A stretch of DNA of 64,000 nt, taken from assembly GCA_002254565.1 (NCBI GenBank), contig NJEG01000015.1:4726-68725 (forward strand), in the 5' to 3' direction. Shown here piece by piece: positions 1 through 9,603 of this stretch. The stretch's first letter is position 1, and the number at the start of each line of letters is the position of its first letter. This DNA comes from Candidatus Altiarchaeales archaeon ex4484_2. Lineage in GTDB: Archaea > Altiarchaeota > Altiarchaeia > IMC4 > QMZM01. A program made the translations under genes and the position numbers. A model generated the notes under the pieces. That model was not told the origin of the DNA and searched no databases. It saw nothing but the letters and a program-made list of their open reading frames with translations.

Positions 1-1
1 A

Positions 2-457
2 CTATTTAATGCTCTCTTATCTAACATACAAAACGAGAATTTGAACATAGACCGATTCCATTTCATAGATGGTATCACAAAAACAGTGCTGCCTGATGTT
101 AAAGACAGCGAGAAATGCACCTACGCACCATCAGCATCCGATCTTAAGGAGCTGGCAAAATCCATAGCCCAAGAGATGAACAAGAACAAATACGATGCCA
201 TGATATTCGATTCTCTTTCGACCCTGCAGATATACAATGAAGAAAAAACGGTTATAGAATTCGTCCACAGCTTCATAGGAAGGCTGAGGATTTCCGAGCT
301 AAGATCGGGTTTCACCTGCCTGGAAGGAGATACCAACACAACCCTTATCCGGAAGCTTGGTATGATAGTGGACAAGATAATAAGAATTGAGGCGCACATG
401 ATATGGGAGGGGGACAAGAAAACAATAACCTTCGAGACGAGGTCGCCTATTGTATAA
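2..457 (+). CDS. KaiC/RadA-like RecA-superfamily ATPase, C-terminal part (5' end lies outside the window)
   Basis: The frame is open from position 2 (LFNALLSNIQ...) into the listed 41..457 ORF. It carries an MIFDSLSTL beta-strand motif typical of KaiC-like ATPases. Confidence 0.45.
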   Translation, partial: LFNALLSNIQNENLNIDRFHFIDGITKTVLPDVKDSEKCTYAPSASDLKELAKSIAQEMNKNKYDAMIFDSLSTLQIYNEEKTVIEFVHSFIGRLRISELRSGFTCLEGDTNTTLIRKLGMIVDKIIRIEAHMIWEGDKKTITFETRSPIV

Positions 458-465
458 AAAAAAAA

Positions 466-2231
466 CTATTTCCTGAAACCGACTATGTGCTCGAAGTGAA
501 CCCTCAGTAACTCAGCAATCGAACAGGAATAGGACAGATTCCCTCCAGGTCTGTGAGGCGGATCCCCCTGAAACAACTCCGAAACCGTTCCCAAGGCAGC
601 CTCCCGCATGTGCATTCTGAAGATCGGTTCGAGCAGTTTCTGGACCCTGGCTGGTTGACCCCCGTTTTTAAGGAAAGCATCGATATACGCCCCCATAAGC
701 CAGGTATAAACGTTTCCGTTGAACTTGTTTTTTGGATCATCGACCCAGTTACCAACATATCTCTCGTCTCCGGGAGAGAGGCTCCGCAATCCGAAGCTGG
801 TTAAAAGCTCCCCATCCACAGCATTCAGTATCTTCCTGGAGAGAGTCTTGTTCACAACATTAAACTCCAGCGATAGGGTAATCAGCTGGTTAGGCCTTAA
901 TGAGTCATCTACTGCAGAATCCGCCAGGAATCTACCCCTCCAATAGCGGTCAACAAAGTTTTCCTCAAACCGCTCTATTATTGCATCATACCCTATCTCA
1001 TCACTGTCATCCTCCATAAGCTTATGAAATCCGCTCATCACATTAAGGGCGTTATACCAGAGGCCCTGGACTTCAACAGCATCCACCCTCTTCCTTTTGA
1101 TGTGTTGAGAGTCCATCCAGGTGCCGCCTTTATGGTGCAGCAGGCCGTCACGTTCCCGTTCAGCGTATTTCTTCATTAAATTCTTAAGACCCCACCAGTA
1201 GGTGTGGAGCATCTTTTTCCCATCCTCCGGGCCAACACACTTCAGGTACCTGTGGAAGCGGTCTATAAGCCAAAGGGGGGTGTCCACGTCCCCGTATACT
1301 GGTTTACCGTTGATGAACTCGGAGGGAATACCCCTATAATCCATGCAATTCAGGTAATGCTCCATTATACTCTCAGCATCCTGGTATCTCCGATTTATCA
1401 GAGTAAACCCTGGAAGGGAAATCATAGCCTCCCGCCCCAGGTCCCTAGAGAATGGATAGGATGATGCTATTGTTTTCTTTGAACCAGAATCCATGATGAA
1501 ATACTCCACCGAATTAAGCAGTGACATGATGGATTCGCCCTTGCCCGAGGAAAAAATTCTGGAATCGCCCTCGGATAGAAAACAGCAGTATTCCACCGCT
1601 CATCCTCCGGCTTCTTGCTACATAAAGCAACATCAGAGCAGAGAGTCAGATAACCCCTGGAGGAGTCTATTCCAGCGATATGCTCAGAGAAAAGCCTCGG
1701 CCTCATCTCCTGAGGAGACCTAGTACCCAACCCCCTAAGATCTCTCATGTTCATATAGGGGGTTACCTTCAACCGTACCACATCATTTCTCTTATTGTAT
1801 ATCTCATAGGAAAAGATTACCGCGTTTCTGCCATGTATTGGTGTCAAACTCTTGGTTAGCTTAACACCCAACACTGAGTAGTCGAAGAATACCTTGGAAT
1901 AGTTGAAGTCGAAGTTCTGGAGAAACCTCCACCCATCAGATACATTACCACCCTCATACATATCCGATGCGAGAGAGATAGACTCATCCCCGATAATCAA
2001 CTCCTCATCAAGCTTCTGCAGGAGAACTCTCTTGTTCATAAACTCATCGGAGGAGACAAGTAGAGCATGATACTGGGAGGTGTTCATGTTTATTATAGTG
2101 GAGGAGGAGTACCCACCTAAGCCGTTAGGAATAATCCACTCCAAACCCCTGGATTCCTTCAGACCAAGGACGTTGGGTTTAAAACCAACAAAAGAGCCAC
2201 TCCTATCCGCTTTCTTTTTGAAATGCATCAA
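466..2231 (-). pseudogene. glycogen debranching enzyme (amylo-alpha-1,6-glucosidase family), split into two overlapping frames
   Basis: 1467..2231 encodes the GDE N-domain (IPNGLGGYSSST...QYHALLV). 466..1596 encodes the catalytic (alpha/alpha)6 domain (SSYPFSRDLGREAMISLPGF, WLMGAY). The two frames overlap by 130 nt, and the switch probably lies near the T-run around 1572-1585. Confidence 0.7.
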
Positions 2232-2274
2232 TCAATTAATGGAGAAATTAGAATATAAACTAAAGAAAAAAAAA

Positions 2275-2350
2275 GGGCCGGGACCGAGATTTGAACCCGG
2301 GTCACGGGCTCCACAGGCCCACAGGATAACCAAGCTACCCCACCCCGGCC
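2275..2350 (-). tRNA. tRNA-His (GTG) with genome-encoded G-1
   Basis: The reverse complement GGCCGGGGTGGGGTAGCTTGGTTATCCTGTGGGCCTGTGGAGCCCGTGACCCGGGTTCAAATCTCGGTCCCGGCCC folds as a cloverleaf. It has anticodon loop CTGTGGA, T-loop TTCAAAT, and an 8-bp acceptor stem (G-1:C73). A T-run follows. Confidence 0.9.
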
Positions 2351-2432
2351 ATGAAGAAAAAGCCATAAAATAATATCTACGATCAGAATGTTAAAAATAA
2401 CCTATATATATCCATTTACCGAATAATCAAAC

Positions 2433-3377
2433 ATGAACCAACTCAGGAAAGACTACCTTACGAACAAGTGGGTTATAATAGCCAAAGAAAGAGGTAAGAG
2501 ACCAAGCGACTTCAGGCATGAAGAAAAAAAAGAGGAGAGTAAACCTTGTTTCTTCTGCCCTGGAAAAGAGCACAGAACACCCCCTGAGATTGACAGGATA
2601 GAAAGAAATGGTAAATGGATTATTAGATGCTTTCCTAACAAGTTCCCAGCCACAACAGAAAAAAAAGAGATAACGGATAAGGGATTACTTAAGGGCATGG
2701 CCGCCTACGGCAGACATGAGGTAGTCGTTGAAACACCAATACACGGGGAAGAGCTCGGCAACCTTGCAGTGGAGCACATAGCCAAGGTTCTAAAGATGTA
2801 CACGAAAAGATTGGTTGAGTTAAAAAAAGACCCTGGCATAGAATACGTGTCCATATTCAAGAACAGAGGTAAGACAGCAGGTGCCTCACTTGCGCACTCC
2901 CACACCCAGATTGTTGCCCTCCCAATGGTTCCTGGGATAATACGGGAAGAAATGAAGATCTTACAGAAGCAGGGAGACTGTCCGCTGTGCAGGATAGGGG
3001 ATATTGAGGAGGGAAGAACTATTAGGGAAGATGATCATACCGTAGTAGTTGCCCCCTACGCCTCGCGTTTCCCCTTCGAGGCAAGGATTACGCCCAAAAG
3101 GCATGTGCCATCACTGGAGAAATTAAACAATAAAGAGATGGAATCTTTTGCCCTAGCACTTAAGGAGGTGCTTACAGCCCTCAACAAGAGCATCAACTAC
3201 CCCCCATACAACTACCACCTCCACCTGGGACCGGGGAGGGGGGACTTCCACATGTATCTGGAGCTGCTCCCCAGACTCTCAACTTGGGCGGGCTTTGAGT
3301 TAGGTAATGATATAATAATAAATACCATGCCTCCTGAGATGGCAGCAAAACACTACAGGGAAATTATTAAACAATAA
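2433..3377 (+). CDS. galT: galactose-1-phosphate uridylyltransferase-family nucleotidyl transferase (HIT superfamily)
   Basis: CFFCPG zinc motif and the active-site HSHTQ (HxHxQ) motif. The 314-aa length is typical. Confidence 0.8.
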   Translation: MNQLRKDYLTNKWVIIAKERGKRPSDFRHEEKKEESKPCFFCPGKEHRTPPEIDRIERNGKWIIRCFPNKFPATTEKKEITDKGLLKGMAAYGRHEVVVETPIHGEELGNLAVEHIAKVLKMYTKRLVELKKDPGIEYVSIFKNRGKTAGASLAHSHTQIVALPMVPGIIREEMKILQKQGDCPLCRIGDIEEGRTIREDDHTVVVAPYASRFPFEARITPKRHVPSLEKLNNKEMESFALALKEVLTALNKSINYPPYNYHLHLGPGRGDFHMYLELLPRLSTWAGFELGNDIIINTMPPEMAAKHYREIIKQ

Positions 3378-3411
3378 ATATTTAATCTACAAATTCAAAT
3401 GATTCAATAAG

Positions 3412-5142
3412 ATGGATTCAAACAAAATGATATTACCTGTCTTCATTGTTCTTGTTTTTTCAGCGACAGCATACTCAACAAGCCTTGAAAAAGAATGGTC
3501 TATAAACGTTAAAGGCAGTATACAGGACCTAATTGTTGCGGATGTTGATGGAGATAACATCCCAGAGATTGTTTTTTTCTTTAAGAACAACAACATCCAT
3601 AGAGATGACATCCTCTACGCACTGGATAATAAAGGAGGAGAGAGATGGCACCTGAATCTTGGTGATATAGAATCGGTTTATGTATCTGATTCGATGATTG
3701 AAGACCCCAGCACCCGAATCTTGGTAAGCTATGGGAAAACCAGCGAGGGGATAGAACAAGGCCATCTACTGATTCTGGATGGCGGAGGAAGGGAGGTATT
3801 GAGGTACCCCACCCCCGCGTTAGGTTCCACGCCCGTGATGTACAAGATGGAATCCGTTGACATAAACGGGAACGGATATAATGAGTTGATTGGAGGAACA
3901 AGGAAGGGTGTTTACGCCATAAACGACAGATTTACAGGGGAATTATGGACTTCAATGATCGGCCAACCTATAAGAGACTTCATACTCGAGGATATAGACT
4001 GCGACGGAATAACAGACATCATCTCTGAATCGCTTGGCGTAATCTATAATACAAACATCAAAAACGGCAGCCTTAGCTGGAAGATATCGACGGGAGATTA
4101 TATCAGCTCAGGGGATAATCAAACGACGGTAGAGAAAGATAAGGTTGTTGAAATACTTAAGGTGGGTGATGTCAGCCCACACCCTCACAAGGAGATAATC
4201 GCGGTCACATCCATGAATATATTCTTCATATACAACAGCAAGGGCAGTCTTATAAGTATTGGAGGAGACAGCAACGCAATACGGAGATATGTCAAAAACT
4301 ACAGCAATTACACCATCCATGAAGCAATAAGCGGCTACGGGAAAATAACAGCTTTAAGCCTCTATGACTTCAATGAAAACAGCCTCCAGGAATTTATTCT
4401 GGGAACAACCTCAGGGGTATATATCTGGGATATCCTCTCAGGTGAACACCAATTCAAAAACATTGGAGAAGTAAAGGCCATACAGAAAAGCCCTGATGGA
4501 CGGATATTTATATTAACAGAAAATGCAATCCATGAATTAGGCATAAACCAGGAGATAATAGAAACATATAGTTTAGGTGACAGCTATCAAAGAATCCATA
4601 TAGCTGACATTGATGGAATAGGTGGCCCAGAATTCATTTTGATAAAAGACAGGGATATATCAGTCTACTCAAAAAAAGAAACCCCAACAACAACCCTGGC
4701 TACGACAACCACAACGACCCGGGAAACCCCAACAACAACCCTGGCTACGACAACCACAACGACCCGGGAAACCCCAACAACAACCCTGGCTACGACAACC
4801 ACAACAGAACCGGAACACAAAAAGGAGGGAATAGACGCCTCAGATGTGCTGCTTGCGCTGATATCTATTGCATTGATTCTGGTGATTGCCAGACACAGTG
4901 TGGAAATCCTGAAAAAAAGAAGGAAGGTAAAGAAACCTGAGAAAGAGGAGGGTAAAAAAGAAATCGATATGCCAACGGAGGATGAGCTGAAGGCCTTGGA
5001 AAAGGAGATAGAAAAAAGAAAAAGAGAATACACAATTAAGAAATGGAAAGAGAAGGAATTAAGTGATAAAGAAAGAGAGCTAAGAGAGGAATGGGAGAAG
5101 AACGTAGATATAGTTGAAGAAGAAAAGAGAAAAAAGAGGTAA
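3412..5142 (+). CDS. surface protein: signal peptide, FG-GAP/VCBS-like beta-propeller repeats, Thr-rich linker, TM helix, K/E-rich cytoplasmic tail
   Basis: Repeated DxDGDG-type motifs (DVDGDNIPEIV, DINGNGYNELI, DIDCDGITDII, DIDGIGGPEFI). ETPTTTLATTTTTTR occurs 3 times. The hydrophobic segment LLALISIALILVIA is followed by KKRRKVKK. Confidence 0.6.
   Translation: MDSNKMILPVFIVLVFSATAYSTSLEKEWSINVKGSIQDLIVADVDGDNIPEIVFFFKNNNIHRDDILYALDNKGGERWHLNLGDIESVYVSDSMIEDPSTRILVSYGKTSEGIEQGHLLILDGGGREVLRYPTPALGSTPVMYKMESVDINGNGYNELIGGTRKGVYAINDRFTGELWTSMIGQPIRDFILEDIDCDGITDIISESLGVIYNTNIKNGSLSWKISTGDYISSGDNQTTVEKDKVVEILKVGDVSPHPHKEIIAVTSMNIFFIYNSKGSLISIGGDSNAIRRYVKNYSNYTIHEAISGYGKITALSLYDFNENSLQEFILGTTSGVYIWDILSGEHQFKNIGEVKAIQKSPDGRIFILTENAIHELGINQEIIETYSLGDSYQRIHIADIDGIGGPEFILIKDRDISVYSKKETPTTTLATTTTTTRETPTTTLATTTTTTRETPTTTLATTTTTEPEHKKEGIDASDVLLALISIALILVIARHSVEILKKRRKVKKPEKEEGKKEIDMPTEDELKALEKEIEKRKREYTIKKWKEKELSDKERELREEWEKNVDIVEEEKRKKR
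4678..4805 (+). repeat. 45-bp perfect tandem repeat (~2.8 copies) encoding the Thr-rich linker
   Basis: The unit gaaaccccaacaacaaccctggctacgacaaccacaacgacccgg sits at 4678-4722 and 4723-4767, with a partial third copy. Confidence 0.95.
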
Positions 5143-5211
5143 TTTTGTGGGAACGCAGTGGGTTTATCCTTCCCATAAAACGGTTACCCCCAATATCTAA
5201 TGAATTTCTGA

Positions 5212-5736
5212 ATGGAACACAATAACTCAATAAATCCTGCTCTGGACACCGGTCTGGTGTTTAAAAAAAGCAGGAGGGGGAATCCACTTGCTGTAGCGGA
5301 GATGGGTGGAGTGTTCTTCATACCAGCATTAAGTCTACTTGTGCTCCTATGGGATACAACAGTTTACTCAATCCTTTTGTTCATTTTATCTGTTCTGATC
5401 TCATACGAGATAGTAAAAATCATAAACAAACATGAGAGGGGAGTAGCCGTCGATGATGAGATTAAAATGCTTGCTGGGGGGGTGGTTTACCTGGACACAA
5501 AACCCCCAGCGACAATAAACTGGGATGAGATAGATAGGATAAAGATATACCAGCCAGAGATGGATAAAAGAATACCCGGCAAGGGAGATACGACAACCTC
5601 CATGAGCATCCTGTCATATATAGCAGATAAAAAAAATCAGGCATTCTTCCACCTTATAACCATGGAGGGGAGAGTATATCGGGGAGGGTTGGAGGATGAT
5701 GAAACCTTAAAGGGAACTGGAGGAGAAATGATTTAG
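5212..5736 (+). CDS. hypothetical membrane protein
   Basis: ORF with two predicted TM helices (GGVFFIPALSLLVLLW, SILLFILSVLISYEIV). I recognise no family. Confidence 0.35.
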   Translation: MEHNNSINPALDTGLVFKKSRRGNPLAVAEMGGVFFIPALSLLVLLWDTTVYSILLFILSVLISYEIVKIINKHERGVAVDDEIKMLAGGVVYLDTKPPATINWDEIDRIKIYQPEMDKRIPGKGDTTTSMSILSYIADKKNQAFFHLITMEGRVYRGGLEDDETLKGTGGEMI

Positions 5737-5740
5737 GGAA

Positions 5741-6187
5741 TTAATCATCAACCAGTGACTTCTCCACCAGATCCAGGACCCCCCGAAAAGACAATCCATG
5801 CTTCAAGGCCAGTCTCCTCACGTCATCGTACTCTGGTTTGAGTTTATACCCTGAATTCTTAACTCTCACACTCTCTTTTTCCCCGGAGACAATCACCTCC
5901 AGCTCCACTAGCTCCCTCTTGGCCTCGTATCGTTTTAGGACAGGTATAACCCTGACACCTAAGGTACCGGTCTCCTGCATGAGAATATTTGATATCCTTT
6001 CCGCGTCTTCTTCCCTGACCAAAACCCTGACCAGGAAACCCAGCCTCCCCTTTTTCATAACAGCAGAAATGACCTGTATGTCTAAGGCGTTTTCTCGCAT
6101 AACCCTCTCCATCAGGTAAGATAAAACCTCAGGTGTGCAGTCATCTAAATCAGTCTCCAGCATAATTATCTTCTCTTTCTCACTCAT
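5741..6187 (-). CDS. larC: LarC (DUF111) C-terminal domain only, as a stand-alone ORF
   Basis: LETDLDDCTPEVLSYLMERVMRENALDIQV...MKKGRLG...ETGTLGVRV matches the C-terminal domain of nickel-pincer cofactor LarC. The start overlaps the larB stop by 8 nt. Confidence 0.6.
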   Translation of the reverse strand: MSEKEKIIMLETDLDDCTPEVLSYLMERVMRENALDIQVISAVMKKGRLGFLVRVLVREEDAERISNILMQETGTLGVRVIPVLKRYEAKRELVELEVIVSGEKESVRVKNSGYKLKPEYDDVRRLALKHGLSFRGVLDLVEKSLVDD

Positions 6188-6863
6188 TTTTAATGGAATC
6201 GCATAAACGCAGAATCCTTAACGCAATAGATGCTGCACCAAACCCGTTGTCTACGTTCACAACAGCAAGGGGAGTGCATGAATTGAGCATAGTATTCAAT
6301 GCCGCAAAACCCTTCTCACCTGTCCCGTATCCCACGGAGGAGGGTACGGCAATAACCGGCTTATCCACCAGACCAGCTACAACAGACGGTAGAGCCCCCT
6401 CCATACCCGCTACAACAATAAACAGATCCACACCCGAAAGAGACTTTAGCGCATCGAAGACCCTGTGAATTCCAGCAATGCCCACGTCATAGCTTACCCG
6501 GGTCTCACAGCCCAGCTCCTTAAGGATTACCCTGGCCTCCTCAGCTACAGGAATATCAGAGGTGCCTGCAGTAATTAAACCCACTGTTCCGTAACCCATG
6601 GATTCGAGATCCTTATTCCTCAAAACCAAAGTTCCAGCCCTCTCGTTGTGTTCCAATACCACATTATCCACAGACTCGAAAGAAGCCCTGAGCTCCTCAA
6701 CCCTGGATTCATCCAGCCTGGTTATTATAACCCTCCCCTGATCCTCCAGAAAAGCTCGTGAGATATCGATTAATTCCCCAGGGCTCTTGCCTGCACCATA
6801 TACTATCTCAGGGATACCGCACCTCCCAACCCTGGCCAAATCAGGCTTTATAAAATCTTTCAT
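6180..6863 (-). CDS. larB: LarB / PurE-like AIR carboxylase-related protein
   Basis: VGLITAGTSDIPVAEEA and VVAGMEGALPSVVAGL motifs of the PurE/LarB family. Confidence 0.75.
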   Translation of the reverse strand: MKDFIKPDLARVGRCGIPEIVYGAGKSPGELIDISRAFLEDQGRVIITRLDESRVEELRASFESVDNVVLEHNERAGTLVLRNKDLESMGYGTVGLITAGTSDIPVAEEARVILKELGCETRVSYDVGIAGIHRVFDALKSLSGVDLFIVVAGMEGALPSVVAGLVDKPVIAVPSSVGYGTGEKGFAALNTMLNSCTPLAVVNVDNGFGAASIALRILRLCDSIKNE

Positions 6864-6917
6864 TTCAATTACAGGAATAGATAAATATTTATAAGCAAAT
6901 GATAATATATTATTACT

Positions 6918-7673
6918 ATGGCTCGAATAATAGGTGTTGTTTCAGGGAAAGGCGGGGTCGGAAAGACTACACTAGTTTCTAATCTAGGTGTTGCTCTAGC
7001 TCAGGAGGGTGCAGATGTAGCAATCGTTGACGCAAATCTTACTGGCGCAAATCTGGGTTTACATTTTGGGTTGATTTCCTACCCTGCATCAATACACGAT
7101 GTGATGAAAGAAAACGCTGCTCTGCCGGATGTTATGTACAAGCACCCAAGCGGGGTGGATATTATACCTTCCTCGCTCTCCATGGAGGATGTAACCACCG
7201 AACCAAAGAACATAAGAGCAGCATTCGATGAACACCTAAGTGACAAAGACTTTGTTCTCGTAGACTGCGCTACAGGACTGGACAGGGAGACACTAACGGC
7301 ACTGGAAATGTGCGATGAAGTTTTGCTGGTAACACATCCCGAGCTTCCTACCATCTCCGATGCCCTGAGAACCAAAACCCTGGCTAAAGAATACAATAAA
7401 AAGCTTTTGGGTGTGGTATTGAACAGAGTAAATAGGAGGGATGAGATGAAGATTGAAAACGTGGCATCGTTTTTCGATTTACCTGTAATAGCAGCTATAC
7501 CAGAAGACAGCTCCATAAGAAAGTCTATTGAGGCGAAGAACCCCGTAATCCTGAATAACCCAAACCACAAGGTGAGCAGGGAAATCAGGAAAGTATCTGA
7601 TTACCTCTCAGGCAAGGCAAGAAGACGGGAGAAAACCCTTACGGACAAGATAATTGACCTGTTTCGGTGGTAA
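6918..7673 (+). CDS. minD: MinD-type (ParA/MinD superfamily) ATPase
   Basis: Deviant Walker A GKGGVGKTT and archaeal MinD-like length and sequence. Confidence 0.8.
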   Translation: MARIIGVVSGKGGVGKTTLVSNLGVALAQEGADVAIVDANLTGANLGLHFGLISYPASIHDVMKENAALPDVMYKHPSGVDIIPSSLSMEDVTTEPKNIRAAFDEHLSDKDFVLVDCATGLDRETLTALEMCDEVLLVTHPELPTISDALRTKTLAKEYNKKLLGVVLNRVNRRDEMKIENVASFFDLPVIAAIPEDSSIRKSIEAKNPVILNNPNHKVSREIRKVSDYLSGKARRREKTLTDKIIDLFRW

Positions 7674-7720
7674 ATTATTGTTCTCCAGCCGTATATGAAC
7701 CATACTAAATAAGAGGGACA

Positions 7721-8341
7721 ATGGCTAAATTAATGGTTGAACTAGACGATATGCAGAAAGACATTCTCAAGGAAGTCAGCAACATAAGCTCTGGTAAAGC
7801 GCTCACCAGCCTAGAGAAATATGTCAAATCCCAGATAGTAGAGGGGCTACCCTTCATGGATATTATGATGGTTGGTAGCATACCCAACTTCCTAGGAAAC
7901 GGTAAAAAAGAGATTATTGGTATATGCTCTACCGTGGAAGGAGACCTCAACGGTAAGGTCATGACAATCTTTCCCCTTAAAAGCGCTCTGGTTCTCGTTG
8001 ACCTGGCATATGAAAAAGATATCTACTCCACGAAAGAGCTGACGGAAAAAGAAAATAACCTCATAAAGATGATGGGTGAGTCACTGTTTAGCTCCTACAT
8101 AGATGCTCTTACAGAGCTCTTGGAGATAAATGTATCACACGGGGAATCGAAGGTGCTGAAGAGTACTGGCGATAAGATAATAAAAAAGTCAGAGATGGGA
8201 AACGGTGATGAATTCGCCCTCGTACTCGAAACAGATTTCTCGGTTCCCGACTATAACTTTGAGGGGGACTTTCTTTTAATAATAAGCACCACATCAATGG
8301 ATATGCTCCTAACGTCCGTGCAAAAGAAATTCGGTTTCTAG
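7721..8341 (+). CDS. cheC: CheC-family CheY-P phosphatase
   Basis: The first-half motif D-x3-E-x2-N (DILKEVSN) followed by ISSGKALTSL is present. The second repeat is degenerate. Confidence 0.7.
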   Translation: MAKLMVELDDMQKDILKEVSNISSGKALTSLEKYVKSQIVEGLPFMDIMMVGSIPNFLGNGKKEIIGICSTVEGDLNGKVMTIFPLKSALVLVDLAYEKDIYSTKELTEKENNLIKMMGESLFSSYIDALTELLEINVSHGESKVLKSTGDKIIKKSEMGNGDEFALVLETDFSVPDYNFEGDFLLIISTTSMDMLLTSVQKKFGF

Positions 8342-9405
8342 GAGCTGATAAGCTCTAAAATTTTTTTGGATATTTCAGGTAAAGACACGACTTCATCAAC
8401 TGCACCCGATTCAAAGGCTGACTTAGGCATGCTTGATATTATCGAGGTGTCCTCGTCCTGTGATATAGTCCGCCCCCCCATCCTCTTAATCTGTTTCATG
8501 CCTTCTGTGCCATCATGTCCCATCCCCGTTAAAATCACGCCAACAACCTTCCCAGTGTATGCCTGCGCAACAGAAGACATGGTTACATCAATAGAGGGTC
8601 TCATTCCATTAACCATGGGACCCTTATCCAGCCTCATAATCCTGTGAATTCCATCATTTACCTTCTCCTTTTTTACCTTGAGATGGAAGCCTCCCGGAGC
8701 GATAAAAACCTTTCCCTTAGTCACCATTTCACCATCTCTGGCTTCCACCACGGGCAGAGAAGTCAGGGAATCAAGCCACGACGCGAGAGTCAGGGTAAAT
8801 TTGGGGGGCATGTGCTGCACAACAATCACTGCGGCATCTATTTTTGTTGGTAGTTTGGACATAATCTTGCAAAGTGTTTTCGGGCCACCAGTAGAGGCAC
8901 CTATCACCACAACATTCTCCGCCTCCACAGCCAACGGCTTCTTTTTCTTTTTCTTGGAAGACTGCTTGCACTTGGATAGTTCCGTAGACGAAAACATATT
9001 CGCTTTAGCAGACGACTTGATCTTTTTAATCAACTCCTCCTGAGCGTCCTTCATCCGGAAAGAAACCCGCCTCCTATCAGGTTTAGTCACGAAATCAACC
9101 GCCCCAGAGTTCAGGCTCTTGATCGTTTCCTCCGCCCCATCATAGGTGAATGCGCTTACCATTATCACCGGCTTAGGGTCTACCTTCATTATATGTTTTA
9201 ATGCGGTTATGCCATCCATCAAAGGCATATCGAGGTCCATGGTAACAACATCAGGGTCTAGAGAAGAAACCTTGGCTAAGGCTTCCCTGCCATCAGCTGC
9301 TGTACCTACAACCTCTATCTCAGGGTTAGAGGATAACATATCAGAAATAATCTTCCGCATAAAAGCTGAGTCATCAACAACCAAAACCCTGATCTTTTTC
9401 ATCAT
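8338..9405 (-). CDS. cheB: chemotaxis response regulator protein-glutamate methylesterase
   Basis: An N-terminal receiver domain (VLVVDDSAFMR...DLDMP) plus the CheB methylesterase domain (IGASTGGP, GMGHDG). Confidence 0.9.
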   Translation of the reverse strand: MMKKIRVLVVDDSAFMRKIISDMLSSNPEIEVVGTAADGREALAKVSSLDPDVVTMDLDMPLMDGITALKHIMKVDPKPVIMVSAFTYDGAEETIKSLNSGAVDFVTKPDRRRVSFRMKDAQEELIKKIKSSAKANMFSSTELSKCKQSSKKKKKKPLAVEAENVVVIGASTGGPKTLCKIMSKLPTKIDAAVIVVQHMPPKFTLTLASWLDSLTSLPVVEARDGEMVTKGKVFIAPGGFHLKVKKEKVNDGIHRIMRLDKGPMVNGMRPSIDVTMSSVAQAYTGKVVGVILTGMGHDGTEGMKQIKRMGGRTISQDEDTSIISSMPKSAFESGAVDEVVSLPEISKKILELISS

Positions 9406-9603
9406 AATAATATCTCAAATATTCTGAGTAATAAATAAACGACATATACCTATAAACCAGATAACGAAGCCTGAAACCTTAAGAAACCACTTAAGAGCAC
9501 CAACAACAGGATTAACTACTACGATTTAGTGTGATAGTATAACCTGCATAATACATAGAAAAAGAGATATGATTCACTGAATATACTCTTTTTTCTGTTG
9601 CAT

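Noticed and set aside
4678-4805. A CRISPR array, suggested by the tandem repeats at 4678-4805, 9652-9731 and 17138-17242.
   Set aside because: The repeats are directly adjacent with no unique spacers. They lie inside ORFs and encode Thr-rich or Lys-rich peptide repeats. No cas genes are present.
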